NCBI GenBank assembly: GCA_009859145.1
Contig: VRVR01000021.1
Location: forward strand, 20,001 to 268,000
Origin: Andalucia godoyi And28
Taxonomy: Eukaryota > Protista > Jakobida
Length of the DNA: 248,000 nucleotides
Direction: 5' to 3'
Shown: positions 95,307-105,858 of the stretch, piece after piece
Layout of the letters: each line of letters begins with the position of its first letter
How positions within the stretch are numbered: position 1 is the stretch's first letter
Made by a program: the position numbers and the translations under genes
The notes under the pieces: generated by a model
Seen by the model: only the letters and a program-made list of their open reading frames with translations
Databases searched by the model: none
Told to the model about the DNA's origin: nothing

Positions 95307-97610
95307 ATGGCATCGACTAGAGACTTCTCTGCGTCACTTCCGAAGCTTCCCGGGCTGTCATTTTCGGACAAGATTCCGAGAAACAACACTCGACCGAAGG
95401 CGCAAGGACTGAAGTTCTGCAACGGAATGCCTGTCGTTGTTTCTTTCGGAAACGAGGAAGACGACGAGTCACCGAATCATAATGCGACGTCAAACTCTCG
95501 TTCAGGCGAACTTGGAGAGTCGGCGCTTCTGAAATCGCCCTCGCACGCAGCCGGAGCGTCGGGATTCGCAAAGACCTCAAAGCCCCTTCCGCCAGCTCCG
95601 TTTGTGGACGTGTCGCACGACAAGCAGGCTCTGCGGTTTTACTGTTACCTCGAGGAAAATGTCATTGAGTCCAATATGGAGAACCGTCGGATGAGAAAGC
95701 TAGTCTTGATTTTCAGTTTGTTCGACCAGACGGTGCTTCTTTGTGAGACGAAGACCGATAACTCCGGACTCCCCCAAGGCACGTTCCTCAAGCGCACCAA
95801 GGTTCCTGGGCTTTCGATTGACCAGTTTGTGATTGGACAGACTGTGCATGTTTTCGGACACAAGCTTCACATATACGACTGTGATGCTTTCACACGCCGG
95901 TACCTGGTGGATGTGCTGGGGTTCGAAGATGCCGAGGCACAATCGCCCCCACAGGGAGAATACGAAACAAAACGATCGCGAGCTATTCCTGGCGGGGTTC
96001 CTCGTAGTGCTGAACTCGTAGAGGAGGACCGTGAAATGAAGCGCTATTTGGAGTTTTCCAGCACGGGTCGCGCATCTGTCCCGTCTACAAAGGAAAAGAA
96101 CGAGATGCAAGAGTTCCTTTCCAGGGACCGAGATGTTCTTCGTTTCTATGCAGTATGGGATGACCGCAACAGCCTGTTCGGAGACTACCACTACTACACC
96201 ATCTACTACTTCCGCTCCAACAAAACCGTTGCAATGACCGAGAAGTTGCCTCCCAACTCCGGTTGCGACGAGATTCCAAAGACTCACATGCCGATGAAAG
96301 TGCCTCGCAATTTCAACGGGCTTGGATCACTTTCGGATGCGAATGGAGACTTCATTTCGGAGGCCGACCTCTGCCCCATTGGAAAGCGGGTTACGATATT
96401 TGGAAAGGACCTGCTTATCTATGACACTGATCAACGCACCCGTAAGTTTATGACGGAGGAACTGGGACTCTCTGGAAAAGATGTTGACCCCATCAAGGTC
96501 GGCATCGAAAAGAAGCCCACTCCAAAGGCAGAGCCTCCTCCATACAACGGATTCGGGCTCGAAGAGGACTCTCTGAACAACTGGAAATACTTGATTCTCC
96601 GACCTCCTAAGAGAGACTTCGACAAGATGATGAAGAAGGATAAACTGCGCTTCGAAGCAAAGTTGGTCAACGGCTCCCCTGCAGAAGCCGATCGGCGATT
96701 CATTGTCACGTATCACGTTTGTGATGACACCATCAGCATCTCGGCAAAGGATTCAAGGAACTCCGGAGATGTCGGTGGACGCATTTTGAAGAACCATCAT
96801 GAAGCAGGGGTGGATGCATCAAAGCTGTTTGTGGGTGCAGAAGTAACAATCAACTGCAGGCAGTACAAACTGCTGACCACAGAGGAAGCAACTCTGAAGT
96901 ACATGGAGGCCAGGCCCAAGGAGTTCTCTATTTCAGATGCAAACAGAATCTTGAAGCGCCTTCGGGAGCTGATCTTGGCGAAACATGTCAAAATTCGTGA
97001 CGCATTCCGTTCCATCGACACCGACCATTCCGGCAGCATCACGTTCGAAGAGTTCAAAACCCTGTGTGATCAGCTTAATATGGATCTTGTCGATCAGGAA
97101 ATCATCACGCTCATGCGATTCTTTGACAAGGATAATGACGGTCTCATTGGCTACGCTGACTTCTGCGACGTGGTTCTGCCGCCGAACTACGAGGATCCTA
97201 CCAAGAGCCAGTTTGACGGTTCCAACAACCGAAGAGTCGAAATTCTTGACGCCGCCGGAATGGAAGCAATGAACGCAGCACAAATCAAAGAGCACGAGCA
97301 CAAAACCCAGGCTGCTCAGCGTGCTGCATTCAAGAAGTTCCGGGATCGCTTCGATCAGCAACGTCTCGTCCACACTGCCGCCCTCAGAGTGGCTACAGAC
97401 GGATCATCGGATTCGCGAATTGGCCGAGAGGAACTGCTCAAAGTCATCCGAAACGGCATGAAACTGGACTCTGTCATGTTCAGCGATACCGAGTACCAGG
97501 CCGTTGCAGGCGCCTTCTTCGCCCCCGGTCGGCAGCGAATTGACCTTTCGGATTTCCTCAAGATCGTGGACGGCACCGACACGTGGCATCTGGAGAAGAA
97601 GAAGCAATAA
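95307..97610 (+). CDS. EFHC1: EFHC/RIB72 axonemal protein (3 DM10 domains plus EF-hands)
   Basis: LRFYCY, SGLPQGTFLKR, DVLRFYAVWDD, LRFEAKL and EF-hands DTDHSGSI and DKDNDG. Confidence 0.85.
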   Translation: MASTRDFSASLPKLPGLSFSDKIPRNNTRPKAQGLKFCNGMPVVVSFGNEEDDESPNHNATSNSRSGELGESALLKSPSHAAGASGFAKTSKPLPPAPFVDVSHDKQALRFYCYLEENVIESNMENRRMRKLVLIFSLFDQTVLLCETKTDNSGLPQGTFLKRTKVPGLSIDQFVIGQTVHVFGHKLHIYDCDAFTRRYLVDVLGFEDAEAQSPPQGEYETKRSRAIPGGVPRSAELVEEDREMKRYLEFSSTGRASVPSTKEKNEMQEFLSRDRDVLRFYAVWDDRNSLFGDYHYYTIYYFRSNKTVAMTEKLPPNSGCDEIPKTHMPMKVPRNFNGLGSLSDANGDFISEADLCPIGKRVTIFGKDLLIYDTDQRTRKFMTEELGLSGKDVDPIKVGIEKKPTPKAEPPPYNGFGLEEDSLNNWKYLILRPPKRDFDKMMKKDKLRFEAKLVNGSPAEADRRFIVTYHVCDDTISISAKDSRNSGDVGGRILKNHHEAGVDASKLFVGAEVTINCRQYKLLTTEEATLKYMEARPKEFSISDANRILKRLRELILAKHVKIRDAFRSIDTDHSGSITFEEFKTLCDQLNMDLVDQEIITLMRFFDKDNDGLIGYADFCDVVLPPNYEDPTKSQFDGSNNRRVEILDAAGMEAMNAAQIKEHEHKTQAAQRAAFKKFRDRFDQQRLVHTAALRVATDGSSDSRIGREELLKVIRNGMKLDSVMFSDTEYQAVAGAFFAPGRQRIDLSDFLKIVDGTDTWHLEKKKQ

Positions 97611-97701
97611 ATCTTTGTAATTGTGGGGAATTTATTTTATTATTATTTTTTAATAACATATACCACGAATGTCTCATCTTTCTTTTTTTTCTATTGCATG
97701 C

Positions 97702-100700
97702 TCAGACCTCGTCAACCTCCGGAATGAATGCGTCGAACGACGTAACGCTCATGGTTGAATTTGTCGAGTCTTTCCTAGCACAAGATCGCTGATCATCGGC
97801 AGTCGTTTCTGGGGAAAGCGTAGCCACAGGCCTTTGCTCTCCCCATTTACAATGCTCAGAATCACCATCATCATCATCACCACCTGAATCGCTGAAGGAT
97901 ACATCGCTTCTTGGCGAGAGAACGGGACTCGTCTGTGCCTGATCACCAACAACCGGGTCATGCACAGTGTTGTCATCCCCGCATGCCGGGTTCCTGGTAT
98001 TTTTCGAACACTCGTCTGCAGCGGGCTTATCGATGGCACAAGCAGACCCTTCAGTGCTAGAGATTTCCGATTCGTTCGCAGGTGCAGAAGATGCCGGTTC
98101 TGTTTGGGATGCATCCTGTGCAACTTTCGGAGCATCTCCAAGAGTCTGCAGAGGCACGTCGGACGGCGAGTCATCTCTCGTTGTCGTTGATGGGCCAGCG
98201 GACAAGTCGGCGGCCACCCTCTCGCTTGTTGGACTGACTTTGTCATTTGCAGGAGAAACGCTCCCTGCGTCTTCAGCATTGCTGTCCTGTCGAGCAACGC
98301 CTGTTTGACGCCCATTTCGTCCTTCTCGAATTCTCCGTAACCGCTTGACCGTCTCGAGAATTCGGACATGATTGTCCTGAGCTACTGCCAAATCCTCTGC
98401 ACACTGACCTGTCGAGGCTTGCTTCTTTGACGACATACCGGGGGTCCGTATGTCGTTCTTCTTCCAGACTTTGAGATTTCCACTGCGGGTTCTGCGAAAT
98501 CCAACCTCGAGACGAATGACGGTTGGCTGGGTCGAAGACTTCCCCGGCAACGATCGCAGCGGTTCGCTTAGTTCTCGATCCACTTTCGAAATCGATGAAA
98601 CCCCTTGCTGACGTCTCTCATCTTCTTGCTTTCCACGAGTGAATTGGCCAAGGAAATCTTTTCTGGAAGGCTTCGTTGCATCCGTGTATTGAGGACCCAT
98701 GAAACGACCGACTGCAGGGGTCGTCAACGCCTGATCCAACCTATCCGGCTTTGGAGATTTGTTCTGACTTCGCATCGAGCCTTTACGCAAGGATCGGTCC
98801 ATTGAATTTGTCGACGAAAACGACGCAGGAGACAGTCCAAGTGCGTGCAAGGTATATGGCGAATACAGCCCTGCAAAAGGGTCAGTACCGCTCTGGGGAC
98901 TTGTATCATACAATCCTTCCGAGTGCAGATCCAAAACAAATGCATCCTGGATACGTATCAGACAATCTTGACACACCATCAAGAAGTCTGGGTCCAGGAT
99001 GTCCACGGGAAGATCCATCTCGTGCTCGTGGAAAAATTCCTCAACGTCATTTTGCTCTCCAGGGAGTTTGGAAGCACTGCCAGCGCCAATGTCCTCAGAG
99101 TTGAAGCGTGAATGTGAAGGAGTGGCATGCGTTGACGATGATTGTTTCGGATCGTCATCCTCTAACAACAGCTTCGCAATATCTGGAGGATACACACCTA
99201 AGAACTTCGCACTTTCTGTAGACTGTGGAACCGATTTTCCAGGTAAACTATCATCAACACCTTCTTCGGCTGCAAATCGTACACGGGGAGGAGAGACCGC
99301 CGCATCGTCCCTTTGAGGATTGGACTTTGAGGAGAAATCTGGAAATGGCTTAGCATTGCAGAACACTCCGGAGGACTGAGAACTGCGAATGCCTGCGGAC
99401 CCTTCTTGGATGATCCACTTGTACCGTTGCGAAGTAGCCATCTTTGCAAACGACGACGGATCGTCACCATCCGCATGCAAGACATCTCCATTACTGAAAT
99501 AGTTCAGTTCCGCTTGACGGAGTTCCGCTTGACGAGCTTTTCTGAGATGAGTTCTGTAGTACAGAAACTTCGCCAGTGGAGAAGTGTCTTCCGAAAAGCA
99601 GAACAGAAACGGATTGTGTGTGCATGGAAGAAGAAGGGAAACCATCTTGTCACAGCAAGAACAAGAGTGCAATTCCAGTCCATCGTCGGAAAACGGACTC
99701 CGCCCATGCGTAGGGCCTCGCAGCGGATGCTGAAGAGATGGTATCACCATTGTCTTTGCCGATTGCTGCAGAAACGTCGCAGGATCCAGTGCACTCAGTC
99801 CAGTGGATGACCTTCCAGCATTGACTGAGGATCGAAGCACCACTGTTTCAAAGGGAGACAAATCAATGCGCTCACGGAAATCCGTCGATTTCCCGTTGAT
99901 GGTTCGAATGCCATCAAACCACAGCAGAACGGGTTTCTCGGAAGCATCAATCGTCATGAAGCAGACCATTCGAGAAATCAGTATGGTCGGCGACGATGCA
100001 GATCTCGTGGATGCAATATTCACAACTCTCTGAAAATGCGCAACTACCTGTTTGCAGAGCGAGTCGCAGTTTCGTGCAATCTTCGACGTCGCGTAATCGC
100101 TTGAACCAACAGGTAGATCGGCACGAGAGGAGATATTAAGAGTGTCCACCCGCTCCACCAGTGTCATTTCGCGAAACCATCTGACTTTCAGCAGATACAT
100201 ATCTTCTGAATCCATCCTTGGCAATGTTGGAGAGGCTTCGATGTGAGAAAGAAGAAGACCTCGAAATCCCTTTCGTGGAAAAGACAGGAAGTTCTGCAAC
100301 TGCGTTGCGTCCAGATATTGAACGGAAGACTCGTGTTTTCCGTCTGCATACTGCATTGTGCTGACGTACATTGCAACGCACGATCCGCGTTTGGTTTTCG
100401 CTTTTTGAAGACTCTCCGATTGGCTGGACTGAGAGGCTGCTGTCCACGCCTGGCTCTTCGCATCCGGCTTGCGCTTCATCTTGTCCTTTTCAGAAGACTC
100501 AGAGAGCGCAAGACCTGGTGAGGACGAAAACCTTGAAAACACGGATTCCGACGACAGCCATTCTTGCGGACGACGGGCGAGGCGGACGCACCGAGAATTC
100601 AATTCCAGGCTGTAATACGCCTGCGGGCTGCCATTGTCAATAAATACAGTGTCCGGGATCTGCAAGGAAGCCAAAAGATTTCTGGTTGTTTCACGAGACA

Positions 100701-101355
100701 AGAGGTGGTACGCGACTGGTCTGAAATCGGGCAAATTCCGATACTCCATGGACTTTGGCTTTGGAGGATCCATGTAGAACGTCAGCGCACTTCGTTTGGC
100801 CCGCACATTCATCGCCGAATGTGCATCGTGCACCAACACAACATGGTCAAAATACGCAGTGGAAATTCCTTTGTCCGTGGCTTGCAAGCGAGACGCGCTA
100901 GCCTTTGAGACTGAAGGCGGCGGGGTGGAAGAGGACACAAGAGGCAGAGAGGAAGCAGGCTGTGGTGCCGAAGACCTTGATGATGTACCCGCAGAACGGT
101001 GAGAGAGAGAAGAGGAAGAGGGAGTCGATGTTGATTGAGGGGTTGTAGAATGTGGTCTTCTCGAGGGAGAACCCGCTCGGATGCTCGGCGTCTTGTGGGG
101101 AGATTGCGGTGACGTGACCGGAGCCTGGAAAACATGAGCTCGGCCAGCATCAGCATTAGAGTCCGTGGTGGAATCGAGGTCGTACTCGTCACTGGTGTCA
101201 CATGAATGGCTGGTATTTCCGATGTGGCTTGCATAACGAAAACCGGAACCGCGCGGAGCAGAGGATATCGTCGTCAAACGTGATAACAACTGAGAGGCAG
101301 CCGTTCGCGACTCTGAAGCATTGCGGAGTTCAGCATCTGAAAAACTGGCACTCAT
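97702..101355 (-). CDS. Large hypothetical protein
   Basis: 1217-aa ORF. Confidence 0.55.
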   Translation of the reverse strand: MSASFSDAELRNASESRTAASQLLSRLTTISSAPRGSGFRYASHIGNTSHSCDTSDEYDLDSTTDSNADAGRAHVFQAPVTSPQSPHKTPSIRAGSPSRRPHSTTPQSTSTPSSSSLSHRSAGTSSRSSAPQPASSLPLVSSSTPPPSVSKASASRLQATDKGISTAYFDHVVLVHDAHSAMNVRAKRSALTFYMDPPKPKSMEYRNLPDFRPVAYHLLSRETTRNLLASLQIPDTVFIDNGSPQAYYSLELNSRCVRLARRPQEWLSSESVFSRFSSSPGLALSESSEKDKMKRKPDAKSQAWTAASQSSQSESLQKAKTKRGSCVAMYVSTMQYADGKHESSVQYLDATQLQNFLSFPRKGFRGLLLSHIEASPTLPRMDSEDMYLLKVRWFREMTLVERVDTLNISSRADLPVGSSDYATSKIARNCDSLCKQVVAHFQRVVNIASTRSASSPTILISRMVCFMTIDASEKPVLLWFDGIRTINGKSTDFRERIDLSPFETVVLRSSVNAGRSSTGLSALDPATFLQQSAKTMVIPSLQHPLRGPTHGRSPFSDDGLELHSCSCCDKMVSLLLPCTHNPFLFCFSEDTSPLAKFLYYRTHLRKARQAELRQAELNYFSNGDVLHADGDDPSSFAKMATSQRYKWIIQEGSAGIRSSQSSGVFCNAKPFPDFSSKSNPQRDDAAVSPPRVRFAAEEGVDDSLPGKSVPQSTESAKFLGVYPPDIAKLLLEDDDPKQSSSTHATPSHSRFNSEDIGAGSASKLPGEQNDVEEFFHEHEMDLPVDILDPDFLMVCQDCLIRIQDAFVLDLHSEGLYDTSPQSGTDPFAGLYSPYTLHALGLSPASFSSTNSMDRSLRKGSMRSQNKSPKPDRLDQALTTPAVGRFMGPQYTDATKPSRKDFLGQFTRGKQEDERRQQGVSSISKVDRELSEPLRSLPGKSSTQPTVIRLEVGFRRTRSGNLKVWKKNDIRTPGMSSKKQASTGQCAEDLAVAQDNHVRILETVKRLRRIREGRNGRQTGVARQDSNAEDAGSVSPANDKVSPTSERVAADLSAGPSTTTRDDSPSDVPLQTLGDAPKVAQDASQTEPASSAPANESEISSTEGSACAIDKPAADECSKNTRNPACGDDNTVHDPVVGDQAQTSPVLSPRSDVSFSDSGGDDDDGDSEHCKWGEQRPVATLSPETTADDQRSCARKDSTNSTMSVTSFDAFIPEVDEV

Positions 101356-101990
101356 TCAATATTCATACATAGAAATTCGCAAAGTAGATGGCGAATTTGT
101401 ATATGGGACTCTAATCTCTAAAAAAGCGTAACTGCTATTCCTTTTTCTTTTTCCCCCTTCTTTTTTCCTTTTTTTTTCAGCAGAAAACCCCACTGAAGAA
101501 AAAAAAAAGAGGTTTGTGAAAACCGGGCAGATGACGGTTTTTTTTCCCCCTCTTGCCAACTGGGTTTCTGCTCTTCTCTCCCCAGTCATCTTCCATCACC
101601 AAGGTCGCAGACATGCAAGCAGATATCCTTATGTCCAAACTTGGGGATGATTTGGATGCGTCCTCTCAGGAAATGAAAAGGGAAAAAAACACGGACAGAT
101701 ACTGCTGTCGTTGCAAGGACAGCTGCGACGCCCCATTCCACGAACCACAATCATTCAAAATCAAAGAAAGGCGAAAAAGCAGATACCGTCCCGCTTGTCA
101801 AGCTACAGATTTGCACGCTGCTGAGGTGATGCAGGCTGCAGTATCCAGTAGGCCTGCTGGCTGTAGTGGATTGCTGCTGAGTGTGCTGACCTGAGTTCTT
101901 TTTCAGCCAAGTTGGACAGTGGTTTCCTTTCAGTTTTTCTTTTACTTTCTTCTCGATAGTAACACATGCTTCTCAGCGCTTCTATGAAAA

Positions 101991-104285
101991 ATGAATGAGT
102001 TGCGCATCTGTGAGACAGTCACACATCTGACGCTGTCAAAACTTCGGGATAAGATCTCGTTGATCCTTGGCTCGTCTTCAGCGAACCCGTCGTCACCCAA
102101 AGGAAATCCTTCATCCAGCTGTCCCAATGCGGTTCTGCGCATCATGGACGTTCCCAAAGTAGACGAGGCGCTGTTGGTACCGTCATCGCTGCTTCTTGAC
102201 AGGAATTTATTTCAAGAGTTTCTGGGGATGGAAGTTGCGCCGAAATTCAATATCCAGCACATGACGATGGAACGCGTTGACAGTGCCGTGGCAGCAATGG
102301 TAGTGGACATTGTTGACCATTTTTCTTCCCTGAAGAAGGTCACGATTGCTTCCACGCGTCTTCCGGAGCCAAGCAGATCCAAACTGGTTTCTAAAGAATT
102401 AATGGCAGATGTTCTGGACACCGTACCACAATTGCTTCTTGCGCATAACGCTGACTCAATCGGAGGATCCTTGAAATTCAAACAGATTGAGAAGCTTCTT
102501 GAAGAACAGGTGTCCGCAGAGGCTCTTTCAGATCGTCTTTTGGTGCTTGTGTACAGCGGAGACATTACCAGAACGGTGGAGAACACGTATTTTGTTCCCC
102601 AGAAAACACGAAAGCGGATGATGCAAGACCAAGGGAAAGTCGACTCGTCGGGTGCAAATGCAACGAACAGCTTGTCTGGCAATACAGGATTCGAAAAAGT
102701 GGTTGAACTGAGAAGCGATGATAACCCTACGGGACTGAAGGAAGTGATGACGCCTTCTGCTGGATCCAGAGAATCCAGCACTGCGGAAGGGAAATCGTCG
102801 GGGAGAAAGCGGTCCGCGACTGCCCCAAGTTCAATCCACGGGTCCTTAGGAGCGGTAACTGAGGCTCCATCAGCTGAAGGATCGTCCGCTGGAGGGCATC
102901 GTACTTCTGTGCTGTCAGAAGCGAATATCGTCCCCTTGAACGGCAATCTTGCGTTTCTTGCCTCACAGAACTCTGCAAGAGATCCGTATTTGTCGTCCGA
103001 ACTCGTGCGGAAGAAGCGCAGAAGGGCTCGGCGCGTTGCATTTTACTGCCAAGTATATAATGATATGTTTAATTCATTGTCTGCACACTCCCCTGATACA
103101 GCGGTGTCGCCAAAGCAGATGTGGTCGTTTCTTAGTTCGAAGTACCCGTCTTGGTTTCACGGTTGCTGCATTGAGGATGTGGTCCGAAGGTCGCTGCAAT
103201 GCAATGGCACGCATGCTTTTGAGATTTCCGGTGTGTCCCTGTTTTTCTACCATAACGGCTGCGCCTGCTCTTTTCCTGAACGTGGTATTAGCCACGCTCT
103301 TATTGCAAATGTTTCGGTGCTTCCTCAATCGTCATCAAAGTCTCCTGAACAACGGCGTTTTCGTAGGACCGCAGGCAATGCTGCCGACCATTCTTCAAGT
103401 GCGAACATCAAGGACAAGGACAAGGACAAGGACAAGGACAAGGACAAGGACAAGGACAAGGCACCGACTAGGAAACCAGCGAAGAGACCTCGGAAGAATT
103501 CTGACGTTGCAGAGAGCACTGCTCCAAAACCTGCAAAGATTGTGAAAACAGAGCATTCGTCCTCCATTTTATCCATTTCAATGGCGGAAGCGGTAGACGC
103601 TCCATTAGTCATTGATTCGAAGGAACGGTCCTCGGTTTCTCCCGGACTTTCGGAAGGTTCTTCTGGTCAACGAAGCGCCTCCTGCACTCCTGCCGACAAC
103701 CCAATTCTCAGCAGCGGCCTCCCCAACAGTGACCTCCCAGAATTAACAGAATCCGAATTCCGCTCTGCATTGCTCACATTGAAGGCACTGTCTCCAAGAT
103801 CAGCGGTTTCGAAGCGCGATCTGCAGCGCAAGATTCAGCAGATGTATCCGCAAAAACTCTTCTCGGATGATGTGTTCCTCGGTATTCGACGGAACAACAA
103901 TTCTCATATTCAGAAGGTTGGAAACTGCAGGTATGCGCAGTATTTTGTCAGACCGTCTGGAAGCACCTACATCCTCGAGACAACTGACCGTTCAAACTCT
104001 TCAATGTCTTCGATGGACGGGTCGCTAAATTCCGATTTCGCAGAAGACGCTTTAATCCATCTTGCGTTGATTCCGGATGCAGACAGCAATCACATTCAGG
104101 TGTCACTGTTGTCGAGAAGCGATCATTCTCTGCCACATCAGTCAGACAACGAGGAGGAAGAAGACGATTGTCGAGAACGCGACGGTGTCGAGCAGCGACA
104201 ACAAGGAGACCAGAATGTGCAAGATCCTGCTTCCGTTTGCTCCTTGGAACAAGATTCGTCGGTGGAACGAATGGACTGTTCTTAG
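101991..104285 (+). CDS. Hypothetical nuclear protein with a (DK)n tract
   Basis: 764-aa ORF with basic NLS-like clusters. Confidence 0.55.
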   Translation: MNELRICETVTHLTLSKLRDKISLILGSSSANPSSPKGNPSSSCPNAVLRIMDVPKVDEALLVPSSLLLDRNLFQEFLGMEVAPKFNIQHMTMERVDSAVAAMVVDIVDHFSSLKKVTIASTRLPEPSRSKLVSKELMADVLDTVPQLLLAHNADSIGGSLKFKQIEKLLEEQVSAEALSDRLLVLVYSGDITRTVENTYFVPQKTRKRMMQDQGKVDSSGANATNSLSGNTGFEKVVELRSDDNPTGLKEVMTPSAGSRESSTAEGKSSGRKRSATAPSSIHGSLGAVTEAPSAEGSSAGGHRTSVLSEANIVPLNGNLAFLASQNSARDPYLSSELVRKKRRRARRVAFYCQVYNDMFNSLSAHSPDTAVSPKQMWSFLSSKYPSWFHGCCIEDVVRRSLQCNGTHAFEISGVSLFFYHNGCACSFPERGISHALIANVSVLPQSSSKSPEQRRFRRTAGNAADHSSSANIKDKDKDKDKDKDKDKDKAPTRKPAKRPRKNSDVAESTAPKPAKIVKTEHSSSILSISMAEAVDAPLVIDSKERSSVSPGLSEGSSGQRSASCTPADNPILSSGLPNSDLPELTESEFRSALLTLKALSPRSAVSKRDLQRKIQQMYPQKLFSDDVFLGIRRNNNSHIQKVGNCRYAQYFVRPSGSTYILETTDRSNSSMSSMDGSLNSDFAEDALIHLALIPDADSNHIQVSLLSRSDHSLPHQSDNEEEEDDCRERDGVEQRQQGDQNVQDPASVCSLEQDSSVERMDCS

Positions 104286-104668
104286 CGTCGGCGTTTGAAA
104301 ACCGCCTCAAACGATACGGTGAAGCAAACACTTTATAATACTGATTCTGTTCTGCCGACAGAAGCAAAAGCGACGTTGCTTCCGTAGAAACGGGGGAAGA
104401 TGCCTGACATGTCTGCATGGTTTCATTCTTCATGCGTAAAGAATAAGTGAATGAACTGGTCAATTGAAGAACAAAAACAAAACAAACCAATTTTCGGCTT
104501 TCCAGCACTTGAGCCCCTTGTCAGACGTGCAGAAGTTCCTTGGAAGTTGGGGAGCAACGAAGAACAGACTCAAAAAGGATTTGAATACGGGAAGACGCCG
104601 AAACTGCGAAATTCGACTCGACATGCAGACAAATACACAAGATAAGGCCTCTTGTTTCGCGAACACGT

Positions 104669-105745
104669 GTGCTTTTCGTCAGTCGCTGTTGTTATAAAAT
104701 GGTTTCTCGCCGGGTGATATTCACGCTCCTTGGAACAGGGTCTTCTAGAGGCACGCCAACTATCGAGAAATGCTTGCTTGACCCTTCGCTAGTGCTCACT
104801 GCCGAACTGCGGCACAATCCGTCATTGCTTGTGCAGGTTGTTGACACAAGCATGCCAGCTGGTCCGAACGCAGTCAAGCTTCAATTGCTTGTGGACATGG
104901 GGAAGACGTTTAGGTTCTCCATAATGGATCATTTGAAAAGATGTGTTCAGCATGCACAAACTCCGGACTCCAAGTTGGTGTTTCCATTTCTTCGCCCAGC
105001 ATTCGACGGGGTGTTTATCACGCATGGTCATGCGGACGCAATGGGTGGACTAGATGATTTGAGAGAACTCAACAACACTTCGGATTGTGTATCCATGCCT
105101 GTCTATGCAGATAGGAAAACCATGGGCGACGTGTCTTCTACGTTTCCGTACATGTTCTCAACGAGTTCAAACGGACTATACCTGCCATCCGCTTCCCCAA
105201 TTGCATTTGACTATTTCCAAGAAATCAAGTTTCTTGGAGGTTCTTTCTCGGTTATTCCCGTCCCCACAACCCATGGCAACGTAACCTGTTCTGGCTTTGT
105301 CTTTCGGTGGTCAGAGAAGCACGGAGTTGGTGGTGCGTATCAAGCTGCGTATTTTTCGGATTTTCACTGCCCGCCCATCTCTCCAAAAGTCATTGATTTT
105401 AAAAACAGATCCGCATGGTCAGCATACGCTCCGTTGGAAGACTTTTTGACGTGTTTTGCGTATCCCGAAGAGACGATACGCGTGTTGAAGGAATGCCCAC
105501 TTCATCATCTCGTGCTCGATACTTTGAGCCCTGATTTCTTCTATCCATCGCATGCCTGCTTCTTTGAAGCGGAAAAAGTGGTCGATGCAATCATGCAAGC
105601 AGGTGTGTCACTATCAAACTGTCGTGTTTGCAACATCGGAATGTCTGCGTTCATTGACAAGGAGTGGTATTCTGCCTTGGACCCTCCGTCAAGGATATGT
105701 GTGTCACATGATGGAGATCAGTTCGTGCTGCCCTCGTCAGAATAA
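104669..105745 (+). CDS. Metallo-beta-lactamase fold hydrolase (PhnP-like)
   Basis: LLGTGSSRGTP, NPSLLV and THGHADAMGGLDDLRE. Confidence 0.88.
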   Translation: MLFVSRCCYKMVSRRVIFTLLGTGSSRGTPTIEKCLLDPSLVLTAELRHNPSLLVQVVDTSMPAGPNAVKLQLLVDMGKTFRFSIMDHLKRCVQHAQTPDSKLVFPFLRPAFDGVFITHGHADAMGGLDDLRELNNTSDCVSMPVYADRKTMGDVSSTFPYMFSTSSNGLYLPSASPIAFDYFQEIKFLGGSFSVIPVPTTHGNVTCSGFVFRWSEKHGVGGAYQAAYFSDFHCPPISPKVIDFKNRSAWSAYAPLEDFLTCFAYPEETIRVLKECPLHHLVLDTLSPDFFYPSHACFFEAEKVVDAIMQAGVSLSNCRVCNIGMSAFIDKEWYSALDPPSRICVSHDGDQFVLPSSE

Positions 105746-105858
105746 ACATTGAAAATTTATGAATAACCCCCCCCCCCCCTCCCCCTGCTTCTATTTTGGT
105801 GAGTATCAGCATTTCTGGATATCCGGTGAGATTCGACAACCGTTTACGACAACGATGA